64,000 nucleotides of DNA, taken from positions 22,878,001-22,942,000 of the forward strand of contig NC_135761.1 of assembly GCF_052425735.1 (NCBI RefSeq), written 5' to 3'. Every line of letters starts with the position of its first letter. Positions within the stretch are counted from its first letter, which is position 1. This DNA is from Oculina patagonica. Taxonomy: Eukaryota. Positions 11,650 to 26,000 of this stretch are shown in pieces. Both the position numbers and the translations under genes were made by a program. The notes below the pieces were generated by a model. The model was not told the origin of the DNA. It made no database searches and worked only from the letters and a program-made list of their open reading frames with translations.

Positions 11650-14050
11650 GGAAACGGGTTGTCCCTACTCTTGCCTAACCCTAACAACAGTCTTTTGGCT
11701 ACAACTGTTGCACCATTTTATTTATTAAAAGTAGCACTTGTTAATGTCTTAGTCATCAATGTGGTTATAATAGTTATCATGGTAATTATCAGTAGCAAGA
11801 CATCAAGTGCATTATGGTTTGGATTGTTAAGCCTCTACCTGTAAGTACTTCACATGTACTCACTTTGTGTTTGTCTTTTTTGCTCTTTTGTTTTTGTTGA
11901 CTTTCATCGAGTCCTCTTTTTCCTTCTCCCCCATTCTTCTCCTTTGTTTCTTCTCCATTCTGTTTTTGCTGTGTTTCCTTCTCCTTTGTGTGATAATCCT
12001 CACCAACTGACATTAATCAAGCAGTAAGAGTGTAAGTAAGAGTGATTAAGACATATTCAGGTCAAAGCCGAAGCACTCCAATGCTAGGGGGGGGGGGGGC
12101 AATATATTTCACAGCCATATCTAGTGGAGAAGGGGGGTGGGGGAGAGGAGGGGTGCACAAGGACAAATAAATTTCTAACATAGAATGTGATTTTGCTGAG
12201 CTATTTCTCTAGTGTATGGTTACCACAGGTTAAGAAAGTTTGTGGGAATTTATAATAAATTTCTTGACCATATGCGAAAAGTCAAAATTGTATTCTGAGT
12301 TTGGAGAAATTGAGAGAAATTGACGATTGAAGTGAGGGAGAGCAAAACTGATACTGCATGTACATGTTCCTTGCAGCTTAAGGGATTTCAGAATGTCTTG
12401 CTATATTGCAATCATGCATCTGGAAAGTATTCTGTGAACAGCATCCATCTATTTAAACATGCTACTCACTTTAACTTTCAATAGTAAAGTGACGGACTCG
12501 ATCTATAGATCTCTAGTTAAGGATGTTGCTGAATCAAATGAAATGTTGCTACAAGACGCAGAGACAAACAGACTAATACCTAATTCAACTGTTGAGTTTT
12601 GCCCTTCAGTTTCAGGAACAGTTCTTCCAAATGAAACCTGAAAAGATAACAGCAAATTGTGGAAGTAAAATCAGATAAAAATAGTTGTTCAAACAAAAGA
12701 AATTTGTTAACATCTGTATACTGAAGATTGTTTCTGCACATTATGTCATTATAATAGTTATCATGGTAATAATTATCAGTAGCAAGACATCAAGTGCATT
12801 ATGGTTTGGATTGTTAAGCCTCTACCTGTAAGTACTTCACATGTACTCACTTTGTGTTTGTCTTTTTTGCTCTTTTGTTTTTGTTTACTTTCATCGAGTC
12901 CTCTTTTTCCTTTTCTGTGTGATGTTTCTACCCCATTCTTCTCCTTTGTTTCTCCTCCATTCTGTTTTTGCTGTGTTTCCTTTTCCTTTGTGTGATAATC
13001 CTCACCAACTGACATTAATCAAGCAGTAAGAGTGTAAGTAAGAGTGATTAAGACATATTCAGGTCAAAGCCGAAGCACTCCAATGCTAGGGGGGGAGCAA
13101 CTTTTTCCACGGCCATACCTCGTGGAGGAAGAAGCCGGGGGGGGGGGGATAGGTGGTGTACAAGGAAAAATAAATTTCTAACATAGAATGTGATTTTACT
13201 GGGCTATTTTTCTAGCGTATGGTAGCCACAGGTCAAGAAATTTTTTGGCAAGTTGTAATAACTTTCTTTTCCAGTCAGAATCAATTCATAATCCCTCTAG
13301 GTCATGACAATGATGTAGTCACCTTTGGTGTCTCCTTAAATTTAACCACCAAATTAAAGGGTGACTTGTTTAAGGTCTCCATTCACCTATTCAAACATGC
13401 TACTAACTCATTCAAAAGTAAAGTAATGGACTCGATTTACAGATCTCCATTTAAGGATGTTGCTACAAGACACAGAGACGAGCAGACAAATACCTGATTC
13501 AACTGTGAAGTTTTGCCCTTCAGTGTCAGGAACAGTTCCTCCAAATGAAACCTCCTGAATAGATAACAGCAAATTGTGGAAGTATACATCAGATAACATA
13601 GTTAGTTTATAAAAAAAGTAATTTATTAACATCTGTATTCTGAAGATTGTTACTGTTCATTAAACTACTTTCTATTCAGTGTGCTCTAGCTGGCTAACCA
13701 CTAACCTTTATTAAACTTAATCCTTATCCTAAAAGCCATCTTTTGGCTAGAGATATTGCACACCACTTATCAGTTGTTACATTTGGAAGGTTATGTGTGT
13801 TTTCAGACATTAAGTACATTATGGTTTGAAAGTACTTTACATGTACTTACTTTGTGTTTGTTTTGTTCATTTGTTTTTGTTTTCTTTTTTTCCCTTTCTG
13901 GCAGTCCTTCCCTTTTTCTTTTTTTACCAGACATTTCTCCTTTTTGCTTTTTTTCTTTTCTTTTTTTCTTCCATGGCATCATTCTCGCCATCTGACACTG
14001 TCAAAGTACATGTAAGCAAGTAAAATTGATTATTTTGAATCTTTTTAAAA
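11650..14050. repeat. Three ~1-kb tandem duplication units, each carrying a K/E-rich exon (two also carry a short exon)
   Basis: 11765-12240 is near-identical to 12750-13265; 12440-12740 matches 13380-13660; a diverged third copy is at 13790-14000. Confidence 0.85.
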
Positions 14051-17000
14051 AGATAATTATTATCCTAAACCTAAATCACGACTTGCTAAGGGTTTAGGAG
14101 TAAATAATGTTCCAGACCCCTTCTTATTAGTGCACCAACTGGCTCCTCCCATTTATTTTACTGACCCCATTGATTTAAAATAAACTGGGGAATGTAGGAA
14201 GGAAACAGAACTGGTCTGTAAGCAAGCTACCCAGCATCAGGAGCCTTTATGACTTCTGGATGCTTCCCCAAGGAGTGTGTGTAGTCCGCATAAATATATA
14301 AATATGCATGTCATTTGCACTCATTCTTTTCTAGGTCTTTGATGGCTTTTCTTGTTGAGCAAACAGATGAGAAAAACTTAAATATTTTTCTTACTTGCTA
14401 TTAAAATAGAAATTGTACAAGTTTGCAATGGAACAACTGAACCAAAGGATTGAAGAATTAGCAGACTGTCATCTTGGATTTTAGGTAGGCTTACTTGCTT
14501 TTGTTTAAAACAGGCCTTTAAGGGATTTTAAGAGAGGTTCGCTTAAAGAGCCTGTGTTTTGTCGACATCCTTAAGCTTGAAATACAGTGGAACCTCAATA
14601 AAACAAAGGGCCAAAGAACTGGCAAAATATGTTTGCTATAACAAGGTTTCCTTATATCAAGGTTCTTTATTATTATTTCTGGGGTTAAGGATACCATTAG
14701 TTAATTAATATATTGAGGACTTCACTATTTGGAGGTTCATTTAATCGAGATTCCACTGTAAGGGATTTCAGATGTCTTTGCCAAGTGATTAATGCCCTCA
14801 TTAGTCTTAGAATTATTTTGTGAAATGATCAGTCTTTATCATTAATCACTCTTAGTCAATTTATGTGATGCTCAAGTAAATTTAATTTAATGTGGGCATG
14901 CAATGCATGCAAGAAATATAAGGTCTCTAGAGAATAAGACCGGTTTTTTTGATAACCTACATTTCAAGTAATACAAATGTTTATTAAACAACAATAAACA
15001 GGATGCAAATAGTTATAATCATCTAAAAATGATTTTAACACTAATGTTGAAAAAAAACAATATATATATGTTAAGACAAAAAGGAAAAACAAAGAAAGAA
15101 AACAATTTACAACTGTCTGCACAGTCTAGTATTTGGGGTTCAATTGTTTTTTGTTTTTGTGTTTTGATGAGTGCAAATTTACAATTATTTTCTTCCCATT
15201 TTACAAATCATAATCAAATGAAATGGTGCTGCATTAGACACAACGACAAACAAATAAGTCATATATAAGCACCTGTTAAATCAACTGTTTGGTTTTGCCC
15301 CTTATTGACAGGGTCAGTTTCTTGATCTAAAACCTATATGTAAATAAAAACAACACATTTATTAGTTATCACATTGTTGAACGGGTTATCACAAAGTGTA
15401 AGGCGAGGCATGCAATCAGTTCCTGTTAGGATCAGCAATGTCGAAATCATCAAGTTTGTAGTAAATAATAAAGATGGCAAATTTTAACCAATTTTAGATT
15501 TTAGCCCAACCGGTATCTGGGTGGCCATGGGTTTGATTCCCGTCGGGGACTCAGACTTTTTCTTTGTCCCAGGAGCTATAGAGTTGAATTGTATCGTTAA
15601 AAAATCATCATGCTTACTTCTTCTGCTGCAATCATGATGGCTGCCATTTCTTTTTCAGTCTACAGGAAAGATAGGTTAAACAGATTAACAAATAAACAAT
15701 CGGTAGCCCAAATACATAAAGTGAGAATGTTATGGGGCAAAATACTTTTACTGAATGAAAGAATGGGTCCACCACAAATATGTTAAGGCCACCTTAAATA
15801 AGGACAGACAACTGCTCAAAGTTAATTCTTACCTTTTCTACAAGTATTACTGCCTCACCAGAAGGAGGTATGTTGTCCTTTTGTGAGACAACCTCCTTGG
15901 TGACTTTTCGCTCAAGGACAAAATGCGCTGGTTGATCTTCTTGGCTTTTTAGCCAGTCATACACTTCCTGTGATAAAAAACAAATACAAAGAAGTAACGA
16001 AAAATTAATACTTGCAGTAGCTACAATAACTGTGGGCCATTTTTTATTGTTTTCTTGATAAAATATCGTACTCTGAATAAACCATGGTATCTCATAGATG
16101 CCGGATCAAAATTGGCTGGGGTGTATTTTTAGTCTACCTTGTAAATTTGAGAAATGAGATGTGCAAAGGAAAAGGCTGATGTACATGTAACACAACTTGG
16201 ATGATGTTAGTGTTTAAATTAGTGTTGTTGTGACTGAGTTATTATTGTTAAAAATTAATAACAGTACTGTAATTTACCTGGTAAAGTCCACCTTTAGAAA
16301 AGTTTGACTTTAATTGACCACTAGGTGTAAAAACTTTCACCTCAGTGGTTTCAGATGTGTCTTGATGAACTGCTTTTTCCTGCGTGAGTAACAAAAAATT
16401 TGTTAAAAAAACGAATTTGACTATTCTTTCAGCAAAAAAAATCTTGTGTCTCAACAATACTGTGACTCACAATTGCTGTACAATTCATGTTTGCAAATAA
16501 ATTGGAAACACATTGACCAAAATATGACATAATGTGCCAAATGGCACTATCGGACATTAAAAGCCGGGTTAACACAAAAAATAATAACAAAAATTCTTTA
16601 AAACAGATTTTTTAAAAATGAATTATCTAGGCAGGTTAAAGTACACTGGAGTGGACAAATGCCATCCAATGTATCCAAATAAATGACATTTGTCATTACC
16701 CCTCCCAGTATGGAATTACTTCCTCAAACTTACTTTGGAGACATTTTGTCCACTTTTGATTTTTTGTCCTTCCTTGTTTTCTTTTTTCTGAGTGTGTAAA
16801 CAATAAAAACTATAGTTAATTTTTGGGTTACAAACTTATAATTTTCTTAAAACTAGTAACTTACAGAATCAAGTAATGAACTAAGGACCGTCCCTGGAAA
16901 TAGCCACTGAACCTTAATAAGCACCACAGTGAGGACCCTTGTATGGTAAAGAATTCAATTCACAACAAACCAACTCTAAAAATAGCAGGGTTTTTTTTTT

Positions 17001-20000
17001 CATCAAAAGCAATGTTCTGATTTATTTTTCTTTTCAAAATTCAGCTGCAATAATGTGCTCTGCTGGACTGGGTACTGTCCCTGAAAAATTGCCAGTGACC
17101 ATAAATACGCACCACAGCGAGGACCAAATGCAGTACGTGTCCAAACGATTCTATTTAACACAAAAATCACAACAACAACTCTAAAAACAGCAGTTTTTAA
17201 AAAATGAATCATCTAGATAGGTTACATGCAATCCAATGTATCCAAAAAAATGACATTTGTCATTACACCTCCCAGTATGGAATTACTTCCTAAAGCTTAC
17301 TTTGGAGACATTTTGTCCACTTTTGATTTTTTGTCCTTCCTTGTTTTCTTTTTTCTGAGTCTGTAAACAATAAAAAAGATAGTTTATTGTTGGGTTACAA
17401 ACTTATAATTTTCTTAAAACTAGTAACTGAACCTGAAAAATTCAATTCACAACAAACCAACTCTAAAAATAGCAGGGTTGTTTTCATCAAAAGCAATGTT
17501 CTGAATTTTTTTTGACAGCTCAAAGTGGTTATTTTTTCTCTTCAAAATTCAGCTGCAATAATGTGCTGTGCTGGACTGTGTACTGTCCCTGAAAAATTGC
17601 CAGTGACCATAAATTATACGCATCACAGTGTGGACCAAATGCAGTACGTGTCCAAACGATTCTATTTAACACAAAAATCACAACAACAACTCTAAAAACA
17701 GCAGTTTTTAAAAAATGAATTATCTACTAGATAGGTTACAGTACACTTCAGTGGACAAATGTCATCCAATGTATCCAAATAAATGACATTTGTCATTACC
17801 CCTCCCAGTATGGAATTACTTCATCAAGCTTACTTTGGAGAAATTTTGTCCACTTTTGATTTTTTGTCCTTCCTTGTTTTCTTTTTTCTGAGTGTATAAA
17901 CAATAAAAATATAGTTAATTGATGGGTTACAAACTTAATCGAGAATAAAGATGAAGTATTTAACATGACAGGAGCATGGGATAAAGAAAAATTCTTAGTT
18001 CCCGACGGGAATCGAACCCATGGCCTCCCAGATACCGGTTGGGCGCTCTAACCTACTGAGCTACGAGAGACTCATTGTGAGCTGGGCCATTTACTAGGTT
18101 GATATGTGACACACGTGTCCTGCATAATGCTAGGATCAGCAATGTCGAAATCATCAAGTTTGTAGTAAATAATAAAGATGGCAAATTTTGACCAATTTTA
18201 AATTTTAGCCCAACCGGGATCTGGGTGGCCCATGGGTTTGATTCCCGTCGGGGACTCAGATTTTTTCTTTGTCCCATGATCGTGTCATGTTGGATACTTC
18301 ATCTTCATTATTTATTACCGAGCTTAAAATTTACCATCTTTATTATTCACTACAAACTTATAATTTTCTTAAAACTAATATACTTATAAATGGAATCAAG
18401 TAATGAACTATGGACCGTCCCTGAAAATTTGTCACTGACCCTTAATAAGATCCACCACACCACATTGCAGTTCTTTTGTCAAAAGCAATGTTCTGATGTT
18501 CTACAGCTCAAAGTGATTATTAATCCAAAATTTTTGCAATATATAGCTCTGCTGCGAAGGCCAAAAATCTCAAATAAGCACTACACACAAGGGAATAAAA
18601 TTTACTTTGCATCTTTTCAGTCCTTAAATTCAACATATTAAAACAGTTCATTTCCCAGAAGATCTGTGAAAGGAAAATTACTTTAAATTACGTCCCCTGG
18701 TTATTGGGGTGTTGTTAATACCCTTTGTGGCCGTTTTCTCTAACATGGACACTAGACTACAAAGTGAGTTTTAGTGTACCTTTAAGGCATCAGCCTTTTC
18801 CGAAAGGACAAGATCATTTTCTTGCTTTCTCTTCAGATTTCTTTCCTCTTCTAATTGTTTCCTGATTTGTGGTAAATGAAGTAAATTGTTAGACATGTTT
18901 AAGTCATACATGTGATGTTAACTTAAGTCAGTAACTTATTTTTTTTTTTTTTAAGTGTTTTTGCATTAAATACAATGTACGTTGGTCTCAAATGCAATAA
19001 TGTTAAGTTAAACTGTCACTAACGTAGAAAACACCATAGGTACAACAGGTGGAAAGAAAAACCTCCTTACTGGTGTAGCTCGGCAACCTCGACAGTTTCT
19101 TTGCTTCTTTTCAAGGCTTCCAGAAAATACGCCTGGAGGTCAGATACATCTGTGATAGAAAAATGTCACAAAAGTCATGTATCATTAGGCCAGTGTGCAC
19201 ATGTAATTTGGCAAACATGAACTGTAATAATTTTGCATGTTGTATGCCACATTTCAGAGAACTGGTCACCGTAATGTTTACAAACAACTGATACAGCAAT
19301 GTTAACAATGTTTTGCCCTAGCCTCATTGAACATGTGTGTGATCCCTCTATATTCATATCTCCTGTTATTCTAATATTAATTATTATGTACTCACCTTCA
19401 AACGTTTCAATAATGGTGGGTTTTATTGACCCCCGCAGCGATGGGCTTACCAGTAAAACCTGGGGATTTTGAGTTGTCTGGCTCCCCAGAATATGTATTG
19501 CTGAAAGATAAGGAAAACATTGTATTCATTATTTTAAAAAAACAAAGTATTTTAACCCTACAAGTTTTTTTTGCTTTCCTTAGTGGCCATTTGGCCACCA
19601 ACTAGACAACAGTAACTCAAGTTTGGTCGCGAGTGGTAAATTATATTTGCTAAGTTAAGCTGATGCTTCCTATCCTTTCTTACAATTTTAGTCACAAGGC
19701 TGGCAACAGTGGTTCAAATTTAGTCACCAGGTCCAAAATTTTTATTGCCATGGCAAATTAAATGGTCTCAACTTAGAGAGTTATATTTTAAACAGTAGAT
19801 ATCAATTACAAATTGCTACTACTTGTACATTAAAGATAAAGGGATAATAAATGTTTTGCATTAGGACATAAATAGTCACTTGCTAGTTGTGATAGCATTG
19901 TCGTAAGCTCCAAACCACCATTCCAAAAAGTAAAACTGTTTTCTCAGCTGTTTAAATCCATACATACCGGTACTTAGCTTGTATAAAGCAACCTTAAATA

Positions 20001-23000
20001 CAAAATTAATTACTGTGCATGAACTGGCAATGTATTCACTTAACATGAGTCAGAAACTTTTTCTAAGAATTTATGTCATGTAAAAATTGCATGTATGCGT
20101 ACCTTCCATCCCTTCACTGGACTCACTGCTTGACAACCAAAATAAGGGCTCTTTAAATGTGGCTATAAGTTCACTCCACATGCCCACACAGGTCTCATTG
20201 AGAGCACTTCAAAAAAAAAAATGAAACAATTATGAGACAATCTCAATATTTTGTTAAGGAATATTGATAATCATAAACTAATAAATAAATAACGAGACTG
20301 TGTCATGCATGAGTTAAGTATCTTTTATCAACTTTTGCCAAATACTCACTTTGAAACTTAATGTTATCTACAAAAATATTACTTCTATGGATCTAAATGA
20401 CAAAAAACAAGCAAAAAAGATTAACTTTGAAAACTGTTCAGCCCAACAATATTTCGAACACGGATATCACAATCTGTTTCAACCTTCGTCGCTTTTGGGC
20501 ATCGTTACCTTTCTTTGTATTTGTTGTATTATTAATAAAAATGTTCCATTTTAATCTAGGTAACTGAGATTAAAAGATTGAATCGAATTTTAAAGCAGAA
20601 GCAGTGAACTTTGGCTAATGGTCTTTAAAGGGTTAACTTAAGTTGAATTTTTTACCCTAACATTTTTTTTTTCCTCATCAGAGAACTGCCCACTTTGTTT
20701 GGACAGAAAAAGGACTGCCGGCCTACATTCGCCACGGATATGATGACAAAGCTGGAACAACAAAGTGATAAAATGTGAGTTAGAAATAAAGTTTTAAATT
20801 GAATTCTGTCTTTCATTTGGGTCTGGATAATCTGCGAGCCAGCGAGCCATTTCAGTTAGCCTAAATAGCACATTGGTTAGCCTAAATAGCACTTCGGTTA
20901 GCCTAAATAGCACTCTGGTTAGCCTACAGTTAGCTAAGGTAGCATGCAGTTAGCCTTTTATTGGGATTAGGGATTTCTGGCTCGCATGCCTTGCGAGTCA
21001 TGCGAGCCATTCAGGTTAGCCTAAATAACACACTGGTTGGCATGGCTCACTGGCTCGCATATTATCCTAACTCCTTTCATTTAGTGATTCCTGTGATGTG
21101 AATTATGCATGGGGTTAATGTTACTGTAATATGTATTATACAATTTAAAGGTACATGTCATTCATTACCCATTTTTTACGTTATTATTGCTGTAATTGTA
21201 CCAGAGTCCTTAGAGGCATGTTAGATAGCATTAAGAAATTCAGGTGTGATAAAGACCAACTAAAATTACCATAGGTTACAAGTCTTCAATAACTGTAATA
21301 TATGCATATGTAAATTTCCAACCACTCCCATGTATATAGGTTAATCAAGTACAATTAAATCAGCTACCTTTTCCGTGTTAAAACCCCACCCGGCCTTATA
21401 TTACTTTCAGTGAAGGTTAATTATTGTTAAAAATTTTGGCTGCAATTTGAAAAATGTTTTGGTACACACATTATTTTTGGTGAATCCGCCACTAACTATA
21501 CAAACATGTATATATCTGGAAAGGTATCAAAATGTAAAATAGAAATATATAATCCAAATGTATTTAACACTTTAAACTTACACTTTGGAAGGTCAAACCA
21601 ACAAATGGTATGCCATCAGCAATCTTCGCTCTTTTGGCCAATATAAGGTCATCAGTAAGATTTGCATGCAGCAGACCTATAAAAATAGAAACTATTACAC
21701 TATTTCTAAATAAGTTAATACTTCCAACATTTCAATTTTGGACCCATAAAGCCAAAGCTTATCTTTGTTTCTGTGTCACATTAAAAGCTGCTATACAGTC
21801 CTTATCTCTAGATCTATTAAGCGGCTACCCTCCATTAAGCAGCCACTTTCCCAAATTATTTGTCACTGGACTGCAGCTAGCGCTGTATTTGTTACCTCTA
21901 TTCAATGGCTACCTCTATTAAGCTGTCACAAGTGTATTATTAAATATATGGGTTTTTACCTCAATAAACCGGCCAGCAAGTTTCTTTCCAAGTGCAATGG
22001 TGTCAGAGGATATATATCTCTGTATATCTTCAATGAAATATCTCTAGCTAAATTTTATACAAATTAACTGTTGATGCGAAAAGTTGGAGAGTTTGTTACG
22101 AGGTTCACGATTTGATTGTCTTACTCGCAACACAATTGGATACTTCGTAACGAATTCCCAATTTCCCAACGAACTTCGCAACACAGCACAGTAAAGTTAT
22201 TTGACATCAACTGGAATTGGCATGTGGGTGATTCATCCCTTACAGTACCTTGATGTTCAAGGCCGTGGTCAGACAGTTCTGGTAAAGTTAAGCCCACTGC
22301 AAAAAAAATGTTTAATGCGATTACATGAAGTTTGATACAATAAAAATAATTATTTCTTTCTTTATTCTAGTAAGTTTTCGGTACACAAATTTGCATGTCT
22401 CACAAATGTATGTATGTGAGAAGGCCCACTTACTCTTTAAAGATGTATTCTCTTCCTTTCTGTGCCTCAAGTATTTAACCTTTAGTTGATACATCACAGA
22501 TGTTTGTATTTGAACATTGCATGACTCAACCAGCAGAAAACTACATATAGTTATAATGAAAATTAATTATAACTTAAAGATAAACTACATGTGAATACCT
22601 GGTAAACAGTCTTCGTCTAATCTAGGCCCAAAGTTGCCTTAAAAAAGGAAACAAAATTTTGTTATACTATAAAAATACAGTTCAAGTACACGTATGCCAG
22701 TACCGGTAAAGTAAAATAAGCTGTGAGTTTAAATTGTAAAGTGTTATAATTTACCTTTGATACAAACTGCCTCTTGGCTTTGTTGCCCTGGAACAAGACA
22801 AAGATAATCTCATAAAAATGAATTTTATTATTAAGCTTAATGAACTAAAATATTAATTTTTGTGGATTTTATGATATGAATTTTCTGCATAATGAGTACT
22901 AACAAAGAGAATATACAGTGAATACAGTTTAGGATGAGTAGATCTTATGTCAGAAAAAATATTGACTGGATTTAAGTGCACGAGCATTCATGAAGTAATT

Positions 23001-26000
23001 GGGTAATGATAAGGTACCAGTAACAATAACATCAGGCAATAAATCAAGGAAGTGTAAGCAGAATAGCATGAGTCCATTCATTGACTTGGTGTTGGCTTTG
23101 ATCGAGTCATTTAAACTTTTCAGTGTTAAGTTGACTTAACTTAAAGTATCTTACATTATTGTTAATAGTGCCTTCTGCGGAGTGTCGCGATTATCACATG
23201 CTATGCTTAGCATTGGATCATTCACAAATGTGGCTACTTATCCTCATCGAGCCCATGATGACTCTTGAGACCGAAATGTGGCTAAGAGCATGCCAATTTG
23301 GCTATTTTACAGGCAGGTTAAATTTTACTAGAAATTAAAGACCATATATGACAGGTTGCCCATATGAGAATAAAGTTCGTCGCCACTCTTCATGTAGGAA
23401 TACAACCTTAATATATGCATGTACAAAGAAATTTAATTGTCATGTCTTGAAGATTCAAGTGGGAAAGTCTTGAATAATATGCATAGCAAAATCAAAGCAA
23501 TGAATACTCTTAATAAACATTTGGAGAGTTAAAGTTCACTGAGTGATGTAAATGTAAATGTTGTTTATAGTGGTCATGCACTTAGCTTCATATCTCTTCG
23601 AGATAGCTAGTTTACAGGCATGCCACTGAAACAGAGGCAACAAGTATTGGAATTCTTTGGCCATTTTTAATAAAACAATTATTCCACTTGCGCTCGTTGG
23701 ATAGGGGATCGTTATATAGAGCCCCTGACAGGGGGAGTTTCCGTGTCACTGTTTTATCGCTCTTCGTGTCGCTGTCAGTAATTCAATTGAAGGAAAGTTA
23801 CTTGTCCTTGTCGAAATTTATATTTTTTTTATAAGGGTTGTCGGTTGCTTCCATTTTATTTTACGTACTGTCGCTACTTTTTGGACCATGTCGCTTGTCA
23901 GAATTTATCCTGGCAGGGCCTCTATATAGCCATCTCATATCAAATGCACACTCATGGAATAATTGTTAAATAAACATGGAATCTATGTAATGTACACTGT
24001 GTACCTGTGTTTGTGGGAACAATGATTGCTTGTGTGTTGTTAATCTGTTCTTCTGGAACAAACGTTACTGGAACGTTAACACGAGGGAGGCGCTCTGCAA
24101 GGTATACCCTTGTAGATGTGGATTTAAAATTTTCCACAACTTCTCTTCCTGAGAGGTCGGAACCAACCTTGAAGAGGGCGTGGTTCCCTGCACTTTGTGA
24201 CTTGAAGAAGTTTAAGCTTCTAAAGGTAAAAAAAAAAAAAATGACAAGAAATCAATGTGAAGAATAACAGTCTACCATGCCACTTAGGGAACAAACATTT
24301 AAATCTAAACAAAGTTGGCTGAAGTGGTAGAGGAGGAATTTTGTCACATCTTTTAGATTGCTGTAATTAAGGGTGTAGTTAGACCTGGGAGGAGGCTACT
24401 GTATGAAAGGGGGCAGATACATGTATGCTTGTTTGAAATATTTAAAAATGCTTTATGCTACGCTATGTTAGCTGTGCGCAAGGGCCCCTTAATCCTACTT
24501 CAGACTGCTAAGAGCTGACCCTGTTTGCTGGGCTGGCACCATTTAGCCAGATCTTGGCACTCTTTTAAAAATGCCAAAAAAGTCAATTTTGCAACTACAG
24601 TACATGACAACGGGGCCAGGCAGGTTATACGAGATCACAGTATTGCAAAGCATGGATCCTGTCTAGCTTGGATGAGATCTCCATCTAGTTGCGTTAACTG
24701 GGCCACGATTTAATTTCTCTTCCTAGCACGCACACTGTCAACCTTAAAAATCGTTATATATTCTTCTTTTAAAAAAGGATGTTAAGAGGCATAACAACTC
24801 ATGTAGCGGTACAAGTGTAAAAAATAAAACAACAAATTGCTAAAGAAAGTCATCAAGATAATCAGACGTAACGCCAAAATCAATCGTGCTAAATTCAAAC
24901 TGCTGTTCATGCTAAATCTGGACCATCCCACGCTGGCTCAGGATGCGTTATAAAGACATCTTGGCAAACCGAGGCAGCCTGGCTCATGAATATAAACAGA
25001 CCCTAAGTAAGATCAAAACTTGAAATTTACGCCCTAAGTGTGAACAAGAAGCATTCTTTCCCTTCTCACTTAGGAGTCCCCTCCCTATAGGGATTTAGGC
25101 ATGACCTGCATGGAATCTACATGAAAGTTTTATTTGCTTGTACTGCTATATCATGATGAAATTCTCATCTTTTCTTCTGTCAAGCTAATTACCTTAGCAA
25201 CCCCTTCAAAAGTTTGATTTTGTCAATAAGAGCCACTATTCTAATAAACGCCCCCATTCTAATAACTGTATCCATTCTTACAAGTGCCGCTAATCCAGTA
25301 AGCGCCCCTATTGTGGATAACTGAAGTCATTGACGTCGAATATGTAAACTCATGAACATCTGTCGTACTGTACTAAACGGCCTGTCGTAAATAAGCGCCC
25401 TCCCTTAATTAGCAAAGGGGTGAAAATTAATCATAGTAGCACTTAGTTATTGTATTTTTTCTTTGCAGCAGTTCTACCAGTGGAAAACAGCCAGAAACGC
25501 ACACTAAAAGCTCCCATCATGATTCGTCTAAAGATTTCCTTTCAAGTACTGACCAGGTATGTTCAATAATTGCCCTACCATAGATGATTTTTTATGTACG
25601 CAGCTATTAGAATGAGCTCCGCACCTTCTCCAAAAATATTTTATAGAGGCCACTCTTGAATAAGTACAGCGGCTATAATTTGGGTATTTACAAAGAGACT
25701 GTAAAACTATGTTCATGTTACCTCTTGTTTTTGAACAGCACTGAATACTTTCACAAGGACACTGAGAAACTGTATTCGTGCTACCTCTTGTATAAATTTT
25801 CATTCAAGAATACACACTCTCCTCAGTGTTTTAACGGTAGTTGGAATAGGCCCCGCTCTTGAGAAAGCTTTGCACCTTTAATAGGGGAAATTAAGTAAGT
25901 GCTGCTACGCTTCAACCACCATTCACAGTAATCATTGCACTTCATAAATACCAAAGGTCAACTTAAGGGACCGGTCATAAAGTAGATTTTTAGAACCAAG

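Noticed and set aside
18000-18063. Functional tRNA gene
   Set aside because: Embedded in a TSD-flanked repeat with an inverted second copy and lacking a clean acceptor stem.
23240-23290. Second hammerhead-like motif (ATGATGA...GAAA)
   Set aside because: The core begins with A instead of C and the stems do not pair convincingly.
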